Below are positions 1 to 18,162 of a stretch of DNA of 64,000 nucleotides, one piece after another. Each line of letters starts with the position of its first letter. Position 1 is the stretch's first letter. Position numbers and translations under genes: made by a program. Source of the DNA: Eledone cirrhosa (Eukaryota); assembly GCA_964016885.1 (NCBI GenBank), contig OZ024740.1:94364001-94428000 (forward strand), given 5' to 3'. The notes under the pieces are model-generated. The model was not told where the DNA came from. It saw nothing but the letters and a program-made list of their open reading frames with translations, and ran no database searches.

Positions 1-574
1 AATGATCTGCGTTATAGTACAGAATATATCGATATGTACTGTACCATGTATCTAATGTCTATCAATATATACCATTTATGAATAACAGAACGTGTTTGCT
101 AAATATCTATCTGTGTGTAGTATAATAATCTTGTTCATATGTTACGTTTAGTAATTCATTATATTTTTAGTTCAAAATTTAAGGTGATACATCCGGTCTG
201 TTATATATGCAGGAATCGATGTATCACTACTAGATATTGAGGTTTAAATTAATATTTATCTGAATGAGAATAAGGCTCAATATATTGGCTTTAAAGTTTC
301 ATATGAACTAATGAGAATTGGCTTTAAGGTTTCATATGTAGTATTGAGAATCTAGTCAGAAACCTGGTGGGAATTGCAAGTATATAAGTGAAACAAATAT
401 TGAAAATACAATACCAGAAATTACAATTGCAAACGGTTGAGAGGTATTCAATAACCTTCCATTTCGTACTCTAATCATTTTGGATACCGGCAAGCCTAAA
501 TATATGTAAGCATTTCAAATGAAGTTACACAAATTTACAAAGGAATATATCATACTCTATCATCGAAATTATCA

Positions 575-2850
575 AAATATGTTCTCGCCGTCATGGACAG
601 AAACACCCTGAGCCACCAATTGACCTCAGACCCATATATCCCCCCAGAAACCCAACCCTGCCACGTGTGGCTACTGATGTAGATATCATTTCTGTCACCA
701 GGTCCTTCCCAACTAGCAGCTGCGGAGGTGTTGATGGTCTCCGACCAGGCTACCTTAGGGAGTTGACATTTCCCCTCTACGATGAGGCCGGGCGCCGCGT
801 TCTGAGTGCAAAGGTGGCGCTCCCAAATAGGATCATTCATGGTGCCCTCGACCCTTACGCCCGAGGTCTCTTTTCTTCGGCCAGCCTCACCGCTCTCAGG
901 AATAAAGAGGGTGGCATACGCCCCATTTCTGAGAGCAATGTCTTCCGGAGGCTAGCTGCCAAGGTGTTCTGCAAGTCCGTCACACACGAACTGGGTGAGG
1001 ATTTTAGTCCGGTGCAACTGGTGTCGGCGTGTCCGGTGGCTGTGAGGGATCCTCTCATGCAATCACGCAGCTCTTCAGCAGATTCCCATCGGTACCGGCA
1101 TCCAGGAACTCCAGGCATCTCATTGTCAAGCTTGACATGAGGAATGCCTTTAACTCTTTACGCCGGGATCATCTGCTCGAGGCCTGCCTCAGCCGAGCCC
1201 CATCTGCCTACCCGCTGGCCTACCTGTCATATGGAGCCCCGAGCATGCTCCTAGCTGCTGATACATTCATACCTTCGGCTACTGGGGTCCAACAGGGCGA
1301 CACTTTGGTACCCCTCCTGTTCACCCTTGGTATTGAACAGATCGCCCGGAGTATGACGGCCCCTCTCAACATTTGTTATATGGATGATGCTACGTTTGGC
1401 GGGCCTGTACGGACGGTCTGGTGGGAATCGGCCTCCAGGTCATCTCGGTCAAGTCGGAGGTGGTGAACGTCAGCCTCGATGCTGTGAGCTTTGCAGCCCC
1501 CGTCTTGGACGTGCTGTCCATTCTCCGCCAGGTTCAGGTGACCCCCAAAGAGGATGTCCTCATGCTCGGGTCACCGATCCACTCGCTCCACCATCAGCAC
1601 CATACTCTCACGAGCCGACTGGGCTTGATTGACGGCCACCCAGCTCTCTTTCTGCTGCGGAACTGCTTCGCCATGCCGAAGCTCCTCTATACACTCCGCA
1701 GCGCTCCATGCTACACCCAGACATTTCTCCTCGCTGACCTCGATACTTTTATTCGAGCAGCAGCCGAGGGGATATGGAACGTCAGGTTTGACGACATAGG
1801 GTGGCAACAGGCCACTTTACCGGTCAGATATGGCGGACTAGGCCTCGGGTCCCCGATCTCACTCTACTTTGCCGGCGTATCTTTCGTCGGTAACCTCGTA
1901 CCGCGTCCTCGTCAGCAGGGTTCTTCAAAACACAACATAACCCTCTGTGTTCAGAGAACGTGAGGCCGCCTGCGAGAGGTGGGACCGGCTGGGACTTAGC
2001 CCAGTAGACCTTCCTCCTCCTTCTACCCCTGATGACGGCAAGTCCCCCCAACGCACTTGGGATGCCATCCAGTGAAGCCTGGCCGCACGAAAACCGCCTT
2101 GCTTGTTTTCGTGCGGCCTCCAAACCCCACAGTGGTGCCTGTCTCGATGCTCTGCCCTACTTCTCAACTGGCACGCAGCTAGACAACCATAGCCTGCGAA
2201 TCGGCGTTTCCCTAAGGCTCGGCCTCCGAATCTGCCAGCCACACCAATGTCGCTGCGTTTCCTCCGTGGACTCTATCGGCCTCCACCCGCTTTCCTGTCG
2301 CCACAGAGCCGACCACATTCCACGCCGTACTGCCCTCAACGAGGTCATTAAGCATGGTTTGGACGCTGCAGGCTTCCCTTCCCAGCTTGAGCCGGTGGGG
2401 ATGGATCGAGGGGACGGCAAAACACCAGATGGCATGACCATCTTCCCGTTACTCGGTGGCAAACCCCTCGTCTGGGATGCCACTTGCACCGACACTTTCT
2501 CAAGCAGCAACCTGGTGCAATCTGCGACCGACCCAGGTTCTGCTGCACGTCGGGCTGAGGGGGCCAAACTCATCATATACCGGTCGCTCTCCGACAAGTT
2601 TGCGGTCGTTCCCCTGGCAGTTGAATCTACTGGTGTCCTCGGCCCCAGGGCTACCTCCTTACTCACCTCCATAGGCGCTGAGCTGGCCAGCCATAGGTGT
2701 GAACCACGCGAGTTGAAGTGGCTTTTCTAGCGCGTCTCCATTGGCGTCCTCTGGGGAAACGCCTTCTCCATTCTGTCCACCGGGGCTGTGGGTGGCCCCA
2801 TCGCGTACCATTACATTAGTTAAATACCATTCTTTCATTTCATACATATA
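575..2850 (+). mobile_element. Decayed CRE-clade non-LTR retrotransposon (RT + zinc motif + restriction-like endonuclease), frameshifted
   Basis: Successive ORFs 667-1140, 1029-1466, 1421-1963 and 2032-2730 carry GGIRPI, KLDMRNAFNSL, GVQQGD, YMDD, LPVRYGGLGL, CRC..H..SC, PDG and LVWDATC motifs. GC-rich island in AT-rich DNA; ends are approximate. Confidence 0.85.
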
Positions 2851-5800
2851 TATAACATATATATATAATATGATATACTGCTGTATTCACATTTAATATA
2901 GTCAGCTTCAACTGCCTTCTTTACTTCACCATCATCACCCACCACCACGACCATCTACCACCATTGTGACCCACAACCACCGTCACCCACCATTAAACAA
3001 ATTGAGTTCATATTCGATTGAAAATGGATATACCCTAAATCAGTGCATGTTGGTTTATCATAGCACATGTAACGCAATTCATTACCTCCCGTTATTCAGA
3101 ATAACTATGTCATATTGGAGGTTAAGTTATCTCTGATTAAAAAACATAATTATAACACTCTAGCCACATATCATTTCGTCATCGGTAAAGATCGGAAAAT
3201 GCCTTATGTCTAAATATGTCAGTGTATGGATTTATACGACAATGGTTAATCTTATTAAACAGGAGAATATTGAACGTACATTGCAGCTGCAAGCATTTTT
3301 TTTATTTTCGAATTAAATTGTCTAACTGCTAATTGCATAAAAATAAAATTAAACCACTTGTGATTTCTGTGTGATTGGTTCTTTCATATTTGGACCCTTC
3401 CTCGTAATGAGATAGAAGAGTATGTGTTTTAGGAGATTCAAACGAAATTGTTGAAAACACGACTCAAATTTGTTTGCTATTTTGATAGATTCAGTGAGAT
3501 GATCTTTTAATTGCTTATTTTCGTTTTGGAAGCAGTGAGTGGACAGTTCATTGCATGACTGATTATAAACTATTCATCTGTTTTGTATTCTTTATAATAT
3601 ATGGCTGCATATTTTGGTTAGTTAGAACTATATTCGTTGCAGCAGGTGAATATACCATCCATCACGTTGAATTTAATACAAATGTTTTGTGTTTTTTATT
3701 TGGTCACATTATGTTCATTTCGCGTCCTTTATTTTTCCTTCTATATACATTATAATTTTGATGAATTTCTGATTATCTTTTAATACACATTGTGCCACAT
3801 GCATGTCTATGAGTGTCCTAATTAAATCATGAAAGCTAATACACCCATTTTTTTGTTTTTTAGAGTTTCCCAGTGAAGTACTAGCTTTGGAATAGACGAA
3901 AGAAAATGGAGTATAATGTGAGAATGCAAATGTGGTTTTTGGTTTCATCGTAGGAGACTTTGAACATGATTCATGATGTGTAAAAACCTCCTATAAATAA
4001 ACAATCAAGCGTACATGGAACAGGGAAATTCCCTTTTGCATAGAATTCCGGGGATAGTGTATTCTTCTGGAATAAAAATTAGTCAAACGTCTCAATTTAA
4101 CCAAGGGCGGTCTTCAACAAGATCTACATATAAGTGCCGCGCGGGAAAGGCTATAATAAATGTTCTGATATTGACAGTACTAATTCTGTTGATCGGTGGG
4201 TGTTATGCAACATTTGTTTCCTGTCCTCAATTTAAAAGTAACAGTGTGGATGAGATTTATTTTTTGAATCGTCGAGGTTATTCTAGAGGTTTTGATTGTG
4301 TTCATCTTTATGCAAATATATTAAAATATATAACATACTATTTGTTCGTTATTTAGTCTGTAGAATTATTACGATTTTCAAACACCTTCACTTATCTCTA
4401 AACTGGTGGGGCTGTAGCAATTGCAACGAATGTTGAAGTATCATGTTTCTTGAGCAGATTCTACGTGATGTTTCAAAATGTTTGCATTTGTCGTGAACTG
4501 TAAATGGATGATTAGGAAAGGGACGAACTAATGATGTAGCTTCCGGATATTTAACCTCTCCTGTGCGGTGTTAACGTCTATGTCTACCACAATAAACGTG
4601 ATAATGGACACTGTTGGTTGCGAGCGTGTATATCGATTAGTTAAGTGAACAATTTGGTGTGATTTACAGTTGTTTCCATTTGCCTTCCTGCTAATTATTG
4701 TCTATTATTCTTTACATGTTCTTTTCATGTTTATGTAGTTCTAGGATTGAGATTGTTTCATGTCACATTGCTTTGTAGATTATTGTTAATGAATGATTGT
4801 AAAATACCTTTTTTTCTTACGTTGTTATTGTGAAATCGTCGACTTTTTTTTTTAAATGAAATCCATTACATTGTGTGTTTTCGAAATTTGTTTAACTGTG
4901 GTTTGCCGAATAGGTATTATGGGAATTACCAGTTAGCCCGAGGAATATATGTCGGAGGATTGATCAACAAGTCATTGCTGAGGCATGGTGAAATTAACGG
5001 AATAGGATGACAGACAAATTGATGATGCAGTTGATTTTGTGAGTTGTGCGATATTGTGTTAACTTTAGTTAGTGTAACTATTCGTAGCACAATGTTTGGT
5101 GTATGAAAGAAAGGGGAACATATAAGCCCATCCTGATAAAGTATAACGTCTTAGAAACTGTGATATTATATATTGTGTTCTACATGTAAACACGTCTATG
5201 TCTAAAGCCAGCATATAAGTCATGCATAGTTTTTTCGAAAATTAGTTGCTGATATGAGAAATAATCTAAGTTATCTGTTAATAGATGGCTTTTTAGAAAC
5301 ATGTCCGTGAAATAAACGAGAAATCTTTAGTAATGCAAATATACAATAACGGATTTAATCGTTTGTCCATTTCCTCTTTGTATTCGTGATGAAATCAAAA
5401 TTTTATAGTTAGGGAAGTCAACCCCCCCCCCCCCCAAAAAAAAAACCCGCGAAGAACAAGATTTCAAGGCGTCCTTCCATTCCTTATCGAAAACCTACGA
5501 CATGCATATAATTGATTAGAAAAAGAAATGCTACATTCAAAGTAATATCTCAGTAGTACCATAAAACATGGCATGGCATCTTTGTTATTCATTTAAAACC
5601 ATGCATTTCACTACACTAACAACCGAACCGAAATATACACACATAGGTAAATATATTTGGCCCTGTTTTACCATTACACAGACACACACACATACACACA
5701 TAAATACACTCACACATGTATGTATATGTGTGTCCATATGTGTATATTATACATGTATTATATTTTTTGTGGATCTAACGTCACTTAACATTTCCGAATT

Positions 5801-7535
5801 AAGCATTGCGACTCTGTCTACACAACATCCTCCTGGTGGACAATATATATGAAATATAAGATTTGGTAGAGGGAAACGGTTACACAAGAAGAACATCTGA
5901 ATAGAATTAAGGCAGTGTACATTTTTTTTTATTTCTTATTGCACGTAGCTTCTGAGCGATAATTTAAAAAATAAAATTCGAAGTGTCTCTTTTTACATTC
6001 AGGCATTTCGTGAGCTCTCTATGATTGAAATTTATTTTTCTCGATATTGAATATTTACAAACGAAAAGATGTGAATATTCAAATTATTATATGCTTTTAA
6101 CGTTTAATAATTAATTGAAATTAATGTTGCTAAATATTACATATGATTAATATTGTTTTTAGTTCTATGTTCCTCTATGATTTGGAAGAATTATGTGAGC
6201 TTTTATTCTCAGACAAGTTACTTTTTGTTACTAACGGTGCACTGTACGGCAATGGGGACGAGTGAATTCGTTCACCGAAAATCAAGTACATATAGACCAG
6301 TTGTTTTCTGATTAATATCTTACACACATCTGTTATTAATGCGCAGTATTTGATAGTCGATAATAGCCCAATTATCAACAAATTTAGGGAAATTGTTCAG
6401 CGACAATTTGCAAAACCTCGTTCTACACCACGTACACATATGTTCATCACAGAAATGAAATAAATCATTACCACTTCTTGTGTTTCTATATTTCTTAGTT
6501 GAATAGTATCAGTTCAAGGACGTAAATTTGAATTTCTTTGGTAGAAATTAAAAAAAATTCTGATGCTATTCTGATGTTTCACTCGAAGGAAAATAATATG
6601 TCTGACATATCTTAGGAAAGAATGTCATAATTACGTAGAATAAGATATTACAGAGAGGTTGGTAGGTATAGAGCGTATATTTTGAGTTCAAATATTACCT
6701 TATAAATCAATAGTACAATACCTGGAATGGCTATAACATAGGGAAACAAAATGGGCAGTGCAGCAGCAACATTATATTATACGGCGTAAAAGAAAGGAAC
6801 TTGGTGGTTTATTGCAGAAATTATTATTACTTCAATATATTTTGCAGTCATAATTGCATGTAAGAAAATTAAATATTTCTTTGTCATGATATATGAAAAG
6901 TTTATATAGAAAATAATTTGAGATTCGAATATGTGCAACGTGCCCTTTCTTAGAGAAGGAAAAAGCAATAGAAATTCACCAGGGCTCGAACACTTTCTAT
7001 TTTAATTATGAAATGTAGGTTATTACCATTAGCATGGGAAAATAAAATTGACAACTGTAAAAGTCGCCGTGTCTCCGAGGTTGAAGAATATTGACTGCTG
7101 TGAAGGTCATGCAATTTGTGAAAAGCATGTGGAATTTTCAATTAAGCATGGCTTCGCTGAGTTATGTATACTGTCTGTCCCAAGGAAACAACGTAATGCC
7201 CGAAGCTAAATACAAATCCCAGCTGGCATGTTAACTACACCACAACAATTACACTTTTATATATCAATATATGTTTTATATAATGTATTGCTTAGCAAAC
7301 AAATGCAATTACATTTTCTTTCCATTCTTTACAAGAATGTGGTAACCGGTTTTCAATTGAAACATTTAAGACAACACTAAGAACATTTGAAATTTAGTTC
7401 TTCAACTGACAGTAAGCATGTAAGACACACAGACACACAGACAAACACATATATATACAGATATACACTTACATACCCCCCATATGTATATATATATATA
7501 TTTATATATATATGTATATATACATACAAACAAGT

Positions 7536-7536
<1 letters not shown>

Positions 7537-7631
<95 letters not shown>
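7537..7631. repeat. (TG)n microsatellite
   Basis: Directly visible. Confidence 0.95.
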
Positions 7632-7632
<1 letters not shown>

Positions 7633-8609
7633 GCATTATGTTTTCGAATTGGAATTTCTAGAGATGACAAGGAAGAGAAGCGAAACATTAAATTGGTTTC
7701 TTTGTCAATATATCGAAGATGTACCTACCAATTCAATATTGATCGCATTAACGTGTTCATCATATATATTCTTTTTCATTTTCTTTTTCTTTCATGAGTT
7801 TACATTTTATTTTTCTCAGATTATATTGCAGCTACTGCAGCTTTGATGGGTTTGCAAATCTACATATAGAGATGAACTAGTGTACCACAATTAATATACA
7901 TGTATGACGATCATTGTACATATTTACAATCATTATTAGTTTGAAGCATGTTTTCTGGTATATAAATATTCAAAGGCAGTTTCAATAGACATTTTTAAGG
8001 AATCACATTAGCTTATATCCTTCTCTAAAAATATCCAAGAAATGTATCTTAAATTAATGAGATGACAAAATAAAAGAAAGCGTGCGAGAAATGTAGAGAA
8101 CAAACTGAAAGACAAAATTTATGAATTGATGCGAATCTCTCTCTCTCTCTCACTCACCCTCTCTCTCTCGAAATATATTTATATTTCTTTTCAGTGTGGT
8201 CTACCCTTTGTGGTTGGGTTCGTACCATAGATATGACTCAATGTAATCCTATATTGAGTAATCCACTTAAATCCATAGAAAAGTTCCTTGTTCACTGATT
8301 TAATTCCTTATATACAGAATCAGTTAGTAGGTATTAAATTAACAATTTTTTCTGGAGACGACAGTCAGATCGAACCTATATATGAGGTCTGTTAGTATAC
8401 AGTTATATGACTGCTCTAGATCATTCAACATGTCAATATGATCAACCCTTTGAAACGATCGTAAAACAATGATATGAATAGGGAAATAAGTTGACTTAGT
8501 TGGTTTTATTTTCATTGTTAATTTAATACCTACTATATATATATATATATATATACATATATAAGAAATAGATTTTCACAGAAGTAAACATCAGAATAAA
8601 TATAACATC

Positions 8610-8817
8610 AATTTCTATGTTTACTATGAGATCAGCAATTTGAACCTAGGGAGAAAATCGATTGAACAGAACCCACAGCCTTAAGGATACGATTCTTTAT
8701 CGACTCCAAAAGTGTGAACCAACTAACGTCGGTTGAACATGAACTTAGAACGTAAATGGATGTAGATCAATGTCGCAAAGCATGGCATCCAACGCTCTAA
8801 CGATACAGCCAATCCAA
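8610..8817 (-). mobile_element. Degenerate tRNA-derived SINE, same family as 37152-37340
   Basis: tttatcgac..., gaacttagaacgta..., aagcatggcatccaacgctctaacgatacagccaatcca align with the copy at 32461-32649. Confidence 0.6.
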
Positions 8818-9679
8818 ATATTAATAATGGGAAAATACGCGGAGTACCGTGAATTGATGTAATAGCAAGTGAAAGAGAAGAAAACTATTGTCACGAAGAA
8901 AATAATTCAATAAATTCAATTTTTTAAACATTACGTTTTTCTTACATGAAATAAAACTCCAAGCATGTTTATGCTTCATCGTCACCAACTATATACAAAG
9001 TTATGTATTGTTCGAGAATTCAAATATAAAATTAGTACAATATCAATGAACATTCTAACAATACTTGTGAATGCAATGAAGAATTTTGCAAACGAAACAA
9101 AACAGTATAAAATGCATGCAATTTAATTGGAAAGAGCTTATTATTCATTAGAGGTTGGGACAGTTTAGCCGTCTCTATTTTAATACCAACATTTGCCGTT
9201 TAATTTAAAGATGTAACGTTATAAAATGTAAGTCTTCATATTTTTAATGAGAAATTGTTCTCATAATTCTATTCAAAGTTCAAATGGTAAATGAATTATT
9301 ATTATTGGAAAATATGCTATAGTTTAAGCACATGTTGAAATATGAAGCCCCAATAAATATATAACGATTCAGAGCACTTTTCATTAGAAGAGTGTCAAGG
9401 TAAATCATCTCAGAGGGAGATGATGGAGAAAATTGTACAGTGTGATTAAGAAAGGAAATCCAATATGATGGCTATGATACGAAAACAATATTGAAAAATC
9501 TGTTGATAGTTACATTGCAATTTTGGAATATTTAAATGTCCAAGCGGCAAATATGAGTAGTGATCTAAAATCAAAACATTAACATAGCTTACCTATTGAA
9601 CATCAATCAATGCATTTTATCTGAAAATACACAATTTACAAATACAACATTACAATAGGCAATGTTTAGCCTTTTCTGA

Positions 9680-9723
<44 letters not shown>

Positions 9724-12614
9724 ACATAATATAGTGATAATGATGTGTTACGTGAGACAGTCCGGGTCAGGAATACTATTGATTCCTTCACAAGGCACTG
9801 AGACAAATAAGATTCAACCCTTCTGATGAAATGATTGAGGATGTCTGTTTTAATCATACATGCATACTTAAAGAAATGATAACGTAGAAAATATGTCACC
9901 ATTAATGTACACATTCTAAGAAATGGGATACATTTTACAATAATTTGGATAAGCAAAATGCCCCATTTATTCTTTCTTCGAAACGTGTGTCTCAGCTTCA
10001 AATATCATGTGCTTGTTAAACTGACATAAACATTAGGATTTTATTTATTGAATGATTTCAGGGATAAATATGTTAAGTATGTTTAGTCTTTTTGACAGAA
10101 ACCCAGCAAAATATCAATGGTTGGAGTAACATATGATATCGAATGAATAGAAGTAAACATGAACATACACACGCACACATACTCTCCATCTCCATCTCTC
10201 ACTATCATGAGCAAATGTGTTCACACCTGCCCCCCCCCCCCCCCGTCCTCACACAGACCCACCTGACAGAATATTGGTGAATTTCTGAAAAATATAACTG
10301 GCTTCATGTATCAAAAATAATGAATCACTGTCTAATTTAATATGTCTTAAAATGGTCTTAACATTTGAAATTATTCAATGAAATTAAAAACAAAAAAGTA
10401 TACTGATGGAAAAGTGAAAATTCTTAAAGATAACTTTCATGAACATATCTTATATGATTTATATACAGAGCTATTATGAATCCCTATATTTCAGTACTAA
10501 ACTTAATAATTCTATGTAATAAAGTTTGTAAACGATACAAAAGAGCACATGAATCAAATGTGTTATACGTAAAATATATATAATCTAAAGATTATAATTT
10601 CCTCAGTAACGAGTGCCAAACGCTCACTGATTATGAATAACAATTCTGTAACACTTATATATGACTGTTCCCATTGCTACTCAGTCAGGTGTGGCATGAT
10701 CGTAGATGAAGACATTCGTAGCAGAAATCTATTTCCCTTAATCATATATAGTATGAGGATGATAATTGAAGAGCATATAGATAAACAATTGAGGCTATAT
10801 TTACCGGGCTACAAAATAGTCAATACTGATTGTATGTAAAAAGGGAAGTTTCAATATATTCTACCTCTCGATTAATAGGAAACGAACAATTTATATTATT
10901 GTCAGTGGTTACTTCTCAAACATTGTAATGTATTTCATTTGATTATTGTCTAAATACGTTATTTCTCATTGTTTCAGTGAATGGTCTATCATAGGAATGA
11001 AGTAATCATGAAATGAACCGAAAATGAATGGAATGTTAATCTATATTAATGTTTAATTGGTTACTGAACTGAAAATTTGATAAACAGGTAAGTACTAAAT
11101 AGTAGATTTAGGTTTTACCATTCTCTAATTTCAATTTGTGGTGGAAATTTATTTTGGTATTGTTTTATAATTTTAATATTTATTTCTTCTGTTTCTTGAG
11201 CTACTGCTCATCGTGAATTATTTTTTCTGAAGAATGTGTCACATGACAAAAACAAGCAGGAATATTCAATTTGATGCATTAATAATATCATATCGTAAAG
11301 AACAACATATGCAAAAAAGTAAAAGCAGCAAAATTACCAAGAAATAAATATACGCTAAAATTCCACTACATAAACAGCACAGAAATAAAAATATCAATGA
11401 AACAATCATAAAATGCACACCAAAAAAAAAACTAATGGAAAATGCCATGCAAATTAAATCTATTAAAGTGAAATGAAAAAAATAATCAAAATGTAACACA
11501 AACACGTAAATACAGGACTGAAATCTTAATTGTAACAAAAACGTGTCTCTGACAAAGACAAGCAGGCCGAGGGACTCATTAATTATAGGCACCTCTTATA
11601 GCAATCTAAAAAGTGTTTCCAGCCGATGAATGAGGGTATAATATTTCGGTTTAACACCAATGCACCCAGCTACATGTGAAATATATACCACCATACTGCA
11701 CAAGCAACCTTTCCTGGTATTCCCAATAGGAATCACTGATTTATAACGGACAGAATATGTTTGTTTTATGTTTTCACGAAATCAAAACTTGAAATGTTTT
11801 TAAAGCGAATTCATATCAAAAAATTCATATCTTTATTTGATTATTAATAGGCATATATTTTGATATATAGATTTGTGACTACATTAAAGACAGTTTGGAA
11901 CAAATGAACATTTGTGTTAATCAGTTGTGTATGATTTCGTGGTACCTTATACAAATATGTATTCTATGAAACAACGGGCACATATTTGATATTCACTAAT
12001 GTTGCAAACTATTCCATGCATAACACGTCGACAAAAACTGCTCACTGGAAGATGATCTGAGAATGGGTATATTATTTAAAATTATTGGCATATTGAAAAT
12101 ATAAGATATACAAATATTATTTATGTTCACCCTAGTTCTGTTGTTTGTAGTAAAGTACATGCCTGCCACTTTAATACGTACCACTGCGAAGCATATATGT
12201 GACCGATTTCAAACAAAAAATATTACAATCGTTGTAAATAATATGTATTTCGTGTTTCCAAAATGTCGAAGGAGCGCAATTTCATATTTAAATAATAAAT
12301 GATGGAGGTATGTTCGATATATATAAGTATGTAATTGTATATCTGATTATGGCTTCAGTTAGGTTATAGTCGTAAAATTTAAAGAATAATCCTAAAATCA
12401 AATATATATATATACTGTTAAAAATATTCTATTTCTAGGGATTCGGAAACAGATGTCAACATCTTCAATTCATATAGTAATGGACATATGATTAGCGAAA
12501 TATAATGTTTTAAAGCCTACTTGATATGTTAGGTGGTGCGTTATATTAGATATATTTAATAACTATTGTTTTAATAAATTTACGTCGAGACCAACATATT
12601 AGAATAAATGAAAA

Positions 12615-12778
12615 GACGATTGAAATTACACCAGTACTGTATGGTACATTATTTTCTTCTCTCTAAAATAACTAAACGCAAATTTGTTCTGAACGGTATT
12701 TGAATCGTGAAATAATGATCCTGTAAAATTACAACAAAGCATTTTTTCCGATACACTAATGATACTGCCAATCCACCA
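12615..12778 (-). mobile_element. Highly degenerate SINE fragment, same family
   Basis: ccagtact..ggtac, atttgaatc, aagcat..tccgatacactaatgatactgccaatccacc. Confidence 0.5.
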
Positions 12779-14018
12779 TTCATATCATATAAAAAATATG
12801 ACACCAGTAAAGCGCCACGTGACAACATTTGAGATATTAAATGATGAACAAATCCCAGATGGTGTTTCAGTGAAAATGCGTATCTCTGTAAAATTTCACA
12901 GAAATCGGCCTTTCATTATATATCATGCATTATATATCAACGATGTCTCACCTTCGTTTTAAAATAAGGACCAATATGTCATGTTCTACCCAAAGTAGTT
13001 ATACAGCTTTATTAAATACTCATAATTACATTATTCTAATTATATCTAACTTACGATAATGTATATTTCATATCGTTAATTATGTTGGTTGTCTCTGATT
13101 TAAAATGTTATATAGATGTATATTATAAATAGGTCATCTCATTATCTCTATCGTTCATTTAATATTGTATACATATAATTTAAGTTTGTAATGTTATATA
13201 GTGATTTACAAATGCATTTAAATGTGTTTGCATGATTATTAATGAAAGAAGTGAATTCTTCGTAAATATTTCTGTGATGTTTACTCCTTCGAAACGTTCT
13301 GTTTCCAAACGGAATGAAATATTAATGAAACAGCCCTGATAATACATACACTACAGGTCTTCGAAATGCAACAATTCATTTCATTAATTAAACCTATTTA
13401 TATTGGATGTATATATAAACGTAACCGGCAAGAATGGAATGAATAATTATAGGTTTCATTGAATAGTACATGCCAAGTGTAAACTAAATATAGAAATAAC
13501 CCAAAGTCTAAAACATAATTTAAAATGAAGCAGCGGATGATAATATTAAGTCTGCAAGTAAATCGAGCAGGTGTAACTCCATAGATATAGTTATTAAACG
13601 TCTCGTGACGAACATTGCGTTTGTTCATGTTATACTAAACAGTAAAGTTATATTGACTATCATCTCTATATATGATTGTTTAGTTCATTCTCCGCTAGGC
13701 AATATTTGGAATTGAAGGAATTGTCTGTGAAGATGTATATTTTCTATCAGAAATTTCTAATGGGATCTCTATTTGAATCAGAGCCAATTATACATCCTAG
13801 TCGATGTTGAATAGTATTTAATAAAAATGATTGGCTTGTTGTCAAAATAGTATTGACATTGTCAGAAATCTTTCAGCTTTCACTAAAACTATATATATAT
13901 TTTCCATGGTATATTTATAAACACTTCTGTTTATTCCTCTCCAGTTATCACATTCACGCTATAGTTATTTCCCACACACTTGAACGTGTACACACACACA
14001 CACACATACAGGTACGTG

Positions 14019-14073
<55 letters not shown>

Positions 14074-14075
<2 letters not shown>

Positions 14076-14338
14076 TAGAAATTGGAATAAATGCTCTGAA
14101 ATAGCGATATATATGTGAATATAGACATAGAATATTCGAAAATATTCTGTATGTTTATAATAAACATTTTGAAGACTAATCGCTATAGAATAGAATACGT
14201 CACGTATTACAATTAGATTCTCGATAAAAGCAAGGGAAGTAATCTACGCGTTTCATTCTTGTTAGAAATCATCAGGACTACATATCCAGTGCTTTTATCG
14301 AGAATGACACAGCTAGAGACTTATAGAATACTTAGCTG

Positions 14339-14340
<2 letters not shown>
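14074..14340 (-). repeat. Inverted partial copy (~265 bp) of the 310-bp unit, directly abutting the array
   Basis: Reverse complement matches unit positions ~14507-14773 with one 1-bp deletion; bounded on the left by (TA)n. Confidence 0.95.
14217..14305 (-). ncRNA. Type I hammerhead ribozyme in the inverted copy
   Basis: Exact reverse complement of 14541-14629. Confidence 0.85.
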
Positions 14341-17061
<2,721 letters not shown>

Positions 17062-18162
17062 TGTATGAATATATCTATATATAACATTTAGGTGCAAAAT
17101 AGTTGTCACACATATTGATGCTTTGACAAACAGATGCTAATATATGTTCTACTCTCAAAAGGCATAGGACAACAATATGATTAATGATAGAACTTCTGTG
17201 AAATACATGAATATAGACGATGTAACATTACTGCAAGCATTAAAAAGGTTGAAATAAAATTCTACTTAAATTGTGTCAATCAACAAAAATCATAAATATA
17301 ACCGAAAACCTCATGGATTTGTTTACCATCTCAGGATTGGTTGGGCTAGGATATCTATGCCAACTTCTGGAAACAATTTTCGAAAGTAATTCAACATTGC
17401 ATGGCATAGAAACATAACATTGCCTCGTGTATACACTCGGATAGTAGTAACTTAAACATAGGAGAGTCCCATAATCATATAATGTTAGCTAGAAACAGCT
17501 TCATCCATAAAATATTTTGTATACATACATCACAACAAAGAATCATAAGGCACAATGTTTTCATTCCATACTCAACCAAGTGCCACTCTATGAGGTCACA
17601 TAATACAATGTAGGTCCTTGTACATTGGAAGTACCGTTCCCGAGTCTGCACATACGGACCGCGTGAGGAGGAGAGCTTCTTCTATTCTTCTATTCTTCTA
17701 TTAACAAACATATTGATAGATCCCACATCCAAGAAAGTGACGTAACCATAGGTGCGATAGAATGGAATGTGTTTAAGTTAAGAAAGAAATTGGACATTAT
17801 CATCATCAAGAATAAACAGCAACAACAAAAAACAGAGATAAATATTAAATTGGAAATAAAGGAAGGCAGTGCAAATATAACGACCCTATGTATGAGTATT
17901 TCAGATATGTAGTAAATTAAGGAAGACCCCATCGATCGTTCGCTTTTGTAGGAATAATTTGCCCCTTGTATAATCCTGTTGCAATGGCATCGATTTTTTT
18001 AATTTTATCTGTCATATATATGATTATTGAAATGTGTTATATTACCTATACAATGTCTCACACTTTCTCTTTATATATATATAGGTAAGTTATTCCCGGT
18101 TGAATCGGAGGTAACCACAGTAAGTATCGTACTCAATACATAGTAGAGTATGCAAGTGTTAA

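Noticed and set aside
285-350. 32-bp tandem duplication (attggcttta.gtttcatatg..t..tgaga)
   Set aside because: Only two diverged copies; ordinary slippage with no further structure.
2900-14000. Short ORFs in the unique AT-rich region as host exons
   Set aside because: No recognisable protein motifs or consistent splice structure; small exons cannot be excluded without RNA data.
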